Positions 61,475-64,000 of a stretch of 64,000 bases of DNA are shown piece after piece; position 1 is the stretch's first letter, and each line of letters opens with the position of its first letter. The DNA is from Hyaloraphidium curvatum SAG 235-1. Its lineage: Eukaryota; Fungi; Monoblepharomycota. Under the pieces are notes generated by a model. It was not told the DNA's origin, did not search any database, and saw nothing but the letters and a program-made list of their open reading frames with translations. A program made the translations under genes and the position numbers. Location of the stretch: positions 685,588 through 749,587 of the forward strand of contig JAIVFI010000015.1 in assembly GCA_025558095.1 (NCBI GenBank), in the 5' to 3' direction.

Positions 61475-62944
61475 ATGCGCCAATCCCGGCCGCTGCGACG
61501 CGTCTTGCTGCTCGTTGCCGCTGCCATTGCCGTCTGGGGCCTCGGCTGGACTCGGCAGGACGCTCCCGACGTGCGCTTCCCGCGCTGCGTGCTCGTTTCG
61601 ACGCTCTGCCCCCACGGCGCGAACGGGGCCGCGAACGGCTACTCGGCGCTCTTCCGGCTCGCCGCGCTTGCACGTAACTTCGGCCATCTGGACTTTGAGC
61701 TCGACGGGCAGCCCGTCGCGCTGCGGTGCGCCGCGGTGCGTGTCGCGCTGCCCAAGCTGTGCCTCGCCGGCGACTGGCGGACGCCCAACACGGACGCCGG
61801 CGCGCTGTTTGACCTCCGCGTGGGCCGGCAGGACGACGGCTGGGGCCTCGGCGGGCCGCTATGGGTCGACGAAGCCGGCGCCCTGGCGGACCTCGGCAAC
61901 GCGAGCGTGCCGTGCCTGCTGGACGGGCGGTACATGCGGCGGCGGTTCCTGCCCTTCCGCGCCAACGCCTCGCGGGCGGCTGAATCCTACCTTTACACGG
62001 GACGCGGGGTGGACTATTCTTCCGACGCGTTCGGCGCCTTCTCGTGCGGGTCGTACCTCGCCGTAGGTTACGGGGGACTGCTGGGGAGCCGCAGGGGCTG
62101 GAGCGCACATGCTGTGCCTATCGTGAAGCCGCGGAACTCCGACCGTACGTTTTTTCTGGGCGCCCCGGCCCCGCTGCGATTCTTCCCCACCGACGACGTG
62201 CGCGGGTATGCCCGCCCCCGCGCAGTCCGGGGCGACATCCGCTTCCACGCCTGGCTTCGCGACGCTGCGCGCGAGCTGGTTGTGCGCAGTGCCGGGCTGG
62301 CCGGGAACCCGCCCCAATCGTGGGCCCCTCCGGCACGCCTCCCCTCATTCACCGCCTTCCTGGACACTCGCTCCCTTCCCCGCGACGCAGCCGCCGCCGG
62401 CCTGTCCCCTGCATCCCTCACGCAGCTCCGCGCGATCCACGACTGCCTGTCCCCCTCTGAGCGCCCCGTGGCGCCCGCCCCGGCGTTCGCGGCCGCGCAG
62501 TTCCGCACGGGGGACCTCGGCGCCGTCTGCGCGCTCATCTGGGACTCGCCCGCCGGCCGCACCCGTCCCTGCGGGGCCAACCTGTCCGCCCTGGCGCCCG
62601 TGGCTGCCAAGGTGCGCCGCATGGGGCTGCCGATGGTCGTCGCCACCGACGGCTCCGACCCCGTCCGCCACACGATCTCGCTCGCGCTGCCCGGCGCAGT
62701 CTTCCTCGACCCGTGGCTCCCCGCGGCGTGCCCCGCCTCGCCGCTGGCGTACGTGCTGCGGGGGCTGCTGACGCAGCTCGGGCTGGCCTGCGCGGAGAGG
62801 GTGTGGTGGACGAGGTCGAGCACCTTTTCGGGCATGATCGGGGAGCTGGCGGAGGACGGAGAGTGCGGGACGGAGGGGAGGGCCGAGCCGCTGCCGGGGA
62901 ACTTGCCGGGGGCGGGCAGTGGGGCGGGAGGCGTCGTGACCTGA
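61475..62944 (+). CDS. Type II membrane O-fucosyltransferase-like (GT-B) protein
   Basis: N-terminal anchor; fucosyltransferase-like motifs AAQFRTGD, VVATD and WTRSSTFS; intronless. Confidence 0.6.
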   Translation: MRQSRPLRRVLLLVAAAIAVWGLGWTRQDAPDVRFPRCVLVSTLCPHGANGAANGYSALFRLAALARNFGHLDFELDGQPVALRCAAVRVALPKLCLAGDWRTPNTDAGALFDLRVGRQDDGWGLGGPLWVDEAGALADLGNASVPCLLDGRYMRRRFLPFRANASRAAESYLYTGRGVDYSSDAFGAFSCGSYLAVGYGGLLGSRRGWSAHAVPIVKPRNSDRTFFLGAPAPLRFFPTDDVRGYARPRAVRGDIRFHAWLRDAARELVVRSAGLAGNPPQSWAPPARLPSFTAFLDTRSLPRDAAAAGLSPASLTQLRAIHDCLSPSERPVAPAPAFAAAQFRTGDLGAVCALIWDSPAGRTRPCGANLSALAPVAAKVRRMGLPMVVATDGSDPVRHTISLALPGAVFLDPWLPAACPASPLAYVLRGLLTQLGLACAERVWWTRSSTFSGMIGELAEDGECGTEGRAEPLPGNLPGAGSGAGGVVT

Positions 62945-63103
62945 CGCGGTTGGACGGCTCAATAGGACGGAACGGCTGCGCGCGCATCTGCCCTGTTCCC
63001 CGGCCCCTCTCCTCAATGGTACACCACCGATACCACCCTTCGTCGCCAAGTCCCTGCCCTTGCCCGTCCCGAGGTCTTGCGTCTCCCGCGCCCGCGCCGC
63101 CCT

Positions 63104-63800
63104 TCAGGCGGGACCCGCGACCGGGTCCCCATCCTCCTTGCGCGCCACAGCCGGATCATCCTTGCAGTCTTTGGTCACCTCCTCATACGCCCTCTGCTCC
63201 ACGCCCTCCTCAATCTCCTCCCCCTTGCGCGCCCTGCGTATGGCCATCGGCAGGAACGCCCACACCGTCCCCGCTGCCGTCACGAGCCCCAGCCCCGTGA
63301 ACATCCCCCACGTGTACGCGGGGGCGGCCGAGTTGGGGTACAGGAACGGGCCGACGACGCCCGCGACGGCCTGGCCGGTGAACATGGCGGCGGTGCCGAC
63401 GACGGTGCGGGTGGTGCCGCGGCCGGTGTTGACGCGGTAGATGCTGCGGGGCGGAAGGGAGCGTGAGGAGACGTTCGCGGGGAACCGCGGCACGGGATGC
63501 GAACACCTGGCATACGAGCGTGGCCGTTGAACCGCAGTTGGACACGACGAGGAAGAAGAGCCTCGCCTGCGCCGGTACCGAACCCGGCCGCATCGAGGTG
63601 ACCGCCAGGGGGAGGTACCCCAGGAAAGCAAACAGCACGAAAGCGACGAGGCCGTGCCAGTACCTGTCCCCGGTCCTGTCGGCCGACCAGGCGACGAGGA
63701 GGCCGGTGACGGCCTGGCACACGTTGAGCATGGCCGATAAGCCGTTGGCCGCGACCGAGTTCTTGCCGGTGGTGCCGATGATGCCCTGCACGATCGACGG
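63104..63800 (-). pseudogene. C-terminal half of an MFS transporter (Dal5/Tna1-like); 5' exons absent from the window
   Basis: PSIVQG...SADRTGDR...GVVGPFLYP....PAY; the exon starts at 63800 after a CAG acceptor and is preceded by telomeric repeats. Confidence 0.72.
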
Positions 63801-63820
63801 CTGAAGGGCCGACTGGCCGG

Positions 63821-64000
63821 GTTAGGTTAGGCTAGGTTGAGTTAGATTAGGTTGAGTTAGGTTAGGTTAGGTTAGGTTAGGTTAGGTTAGGTTAGGTTAG
63901 GTTAGGTTAGGTTAGGTTAGGTTAGGTTAGGTTAGGTTAGGTTAGGTTAGGTTAGGTTAGGTTAGGTTAGGTTAGGTTAGGTTAGGTTAGGGGAGGTTAG
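63821..64000 (+). repeat. (TTAGG)n telomere-type array
   Basis: About 35 TTAGG units running to the window end, G-rich strand 5'->3' outward, with degenerate units (CTAGG, TTGAG, TTAGA) proximally. Confidence 0.92.

Overview
Eukaryotic, very GC-rich, gene-dense DNA with short GT-AG introns (mostly ~50-110 nt, CTRAC branch points), ending in a (TTAGG)n array, so probably a chromosome end. A SHE9/MDM33 homologue points to a fungus. The animal-type thioredoxin reductase, selenocysteine recoding and ankyrin-NUDT12 point to an early-diverging lineage such as a chytrid or monoblepharid (inference, not verified). About 35 genes or gene relics can be supported. The strongest signal is a glutaredoxin-thioredoxin reductase fusion (TGR) whose last exon reads Gly-Cys-TGA-Gly-TAA, followed about 130 nt later by a well-formed type II SECIS hairpin, i.e. 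a fungal selenoprotein the ORF track misses. It lies between a six-exon DTD-motif microbial rhodopsin and a CPGC redoxin. Other notable items: four paralogous CAMK-like kinases with DFN/DFD/DFA/DFG motifs, two inverted Pcl-like cyclins, a gustatory-receptor-like membrane protein beside an interstitial TTAGG tract, a K+-independent-type pyruvate kinase, a guanylurea/biuret-hydrolase-like enzyme, an EGF-EGF-CBM14-like secreted protein, a CRE/Cnl1-like non-LTR retroelement plus a relic, an intronless bacterial-type diaminopropionate ammonia-lyase, and an MFS gene that runs into the telomeric array at an intron branch point. Exon boundaries were assembled by eye and family calls rest on motif recognition; no database search was run.
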